IMG/VR virus record: IMGVR_UViG_3300037466_002980
Coordinates: 64,001 to 128,000 of that record
Strand: one strand, 5' to 3'
From: a virus
Lineage: Duplodnaviria > Heunggongvirae > Uroviricota > Caudoviricetes
Length of the DNA stretch: 64,000 bases
In this document: in pieces, positions 63,330 through 64,000 of the stretch
How positions within the stretch are numbered: the first letter of the stretch is position 1
Layout: every line of letters begins with the position of its first letter
Notes under the pieces: generated by a model
What the model was told of the DNA's origin: nothing
Database searches by the model: none
Seen by the model: only the letters and a program-made list of their open reading frames with translations
Made by a program: the position numbers and the translations under genes

Positions 63330-64000
63330 ATAGGAAAACCCATAAAAAAATCATGGTTTGGCTCACCAGTAACAGCCGGAAGTGGACACATCAAAGTAAA
63401 CGGAGTTAAGTTTGCCGATGGTACTACTTCAACAAATGCATATATTGTTAAACAGGTAGGATCTACCGCTTATATTGTTCAGGACGTAGCCCAAACTCAT
63501 GCTGCTGAAATTGTTTTTATGGTAAATGCATCTTCGACAGGTGCATTACAGGCTGGACAATGTTTCATTCTTGCAACACCGTATGGCGGATCGGCACTTC
63601 CATGTGAAAAAATTACACAATTCCGTCTTAGCACATATGAAACTAATGGTACAATTGGAAACTATAGTTGGTCTACAAGACCACCAACAGCAACCGGCGA
63701 AGCAAATCTAGTTGCCGGTAATGGAAGTATCTTATCTGTTACATTATTAACAGCCGGTTTTGGATACTTTACTGCACCAGCCGTGAGCTTCACAGGTGGT
63801 GGCTCTGGTGCAACAGCAACAGCAACCGTTTCTGGTGGTGTAGTGACAGGTCTTACCTTAACTGCTGCTGGAACTGGATATACATCCGGTGGAATGACAA
63901 TTGCTGCACCTCCAGCATTTGTAACAGCATCAACTGGATCAAATACCGTAACTGTTAACGGCGGCGGTACAATTACAGCCGCTCCAGCTATTGTAACAGG
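63330..64000 (+). CDS. Partial virion structural protein running off the right edge, apparent ATA start
   Basis: Open frame (I/M)GKPIKKSWFG...YIVKQVGS...GFGYFTAPAVSFTGGGSGATATA; AGGAGG RBS; GATAAATA at 63276-63283. Confidence 0.75.
   Translation, partial: MGKPIKKSWFGSPVTAGSGHIKVNGVKFADGTTSTNAYIVKQVGSTAYIVQDVAQTHAAEIVFMVNASSTGALQAGQCFILATPYGGSALPCEKITQFRLSTYETNGTIGNYSWSTRPPTATGEANLVAGNGSILSVTLLTAGFGYFTAPAVSFTGGGSGATATATVSGGVVTGLTLTAAGTGYTSGGMTIAAPPAFVTASTGSNTVTVNGGGTITAAPAIVT

Noticed and set aside
63526-63711. 61-aa plus-strand ORF
   Set aside because: It is out of frame inside the longer structural gene starting near 63330.
1-64000. Stop-codon reassignment, as seen in some jumbo phages
   Set aside because: Core genes are full length in code 11, and TAA, TGA and TAG all occur as genuine stops.
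1-64000. CRISPR array, tRNA or rRNA genes
   Set aside because: I saw no regularly spaced repeats or cloverleaf/T-loop patterns by eye. A tRNAscan run would be needed to exclude them fully.

Overview
AT-rich segment of a large T4-superfamily-like (probably jumbo) myophage genome, nearly all on the minus strand and read in standard code 11. The left ~19 kb is accessory and metabolic: folE, thyA, a complete PrkA(YeaG)-YeaH(vWA)-SpoVR operon, a saccharopine-dehydrogenase-family enzyme, NAD+ salvage (NadV plus NadM-Nudix), a cytidylyltransferase, a metallophosphatase, PAAR and nrdAB. The middle holds virion/head-associated genes and replication-recombination genes: gp41-like helicase, primase, a 195-aa DnaE-like protein, UvsW, UvsY, UvsX and gp32-like SSB. 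The right holds the large terminase (with an Ala1, class-3-type LAGLIDADG intein), gp4-like head completion nuclease, tail tube, tail sheath, dNMP kinase, neck protein, rIIA/rIIB and an HNH endonuclease. Two promoter classes are visible: sigma70-like TTGAC-17/18-TATAAT, and about 20 copies of a late-promoter-like GATAAATA. Best leads: the phage-borne, apparently late-expressed PrkA-YeaH-SpoVR module; a ~210-nt multi-stem non-coding RNA candidate downstream of rIIB; the minimal DnaE retaining all three catalytic Asp motifs; matching two-hairpin leaders on both NAD genes; a family of proteins with capsid-targeting-like N-termini; and a structural gene that appears to start at ATA. I found no tRNA, rRNA or CRISPR array. 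All assignments come from reading motifs by eye; no searches were run.
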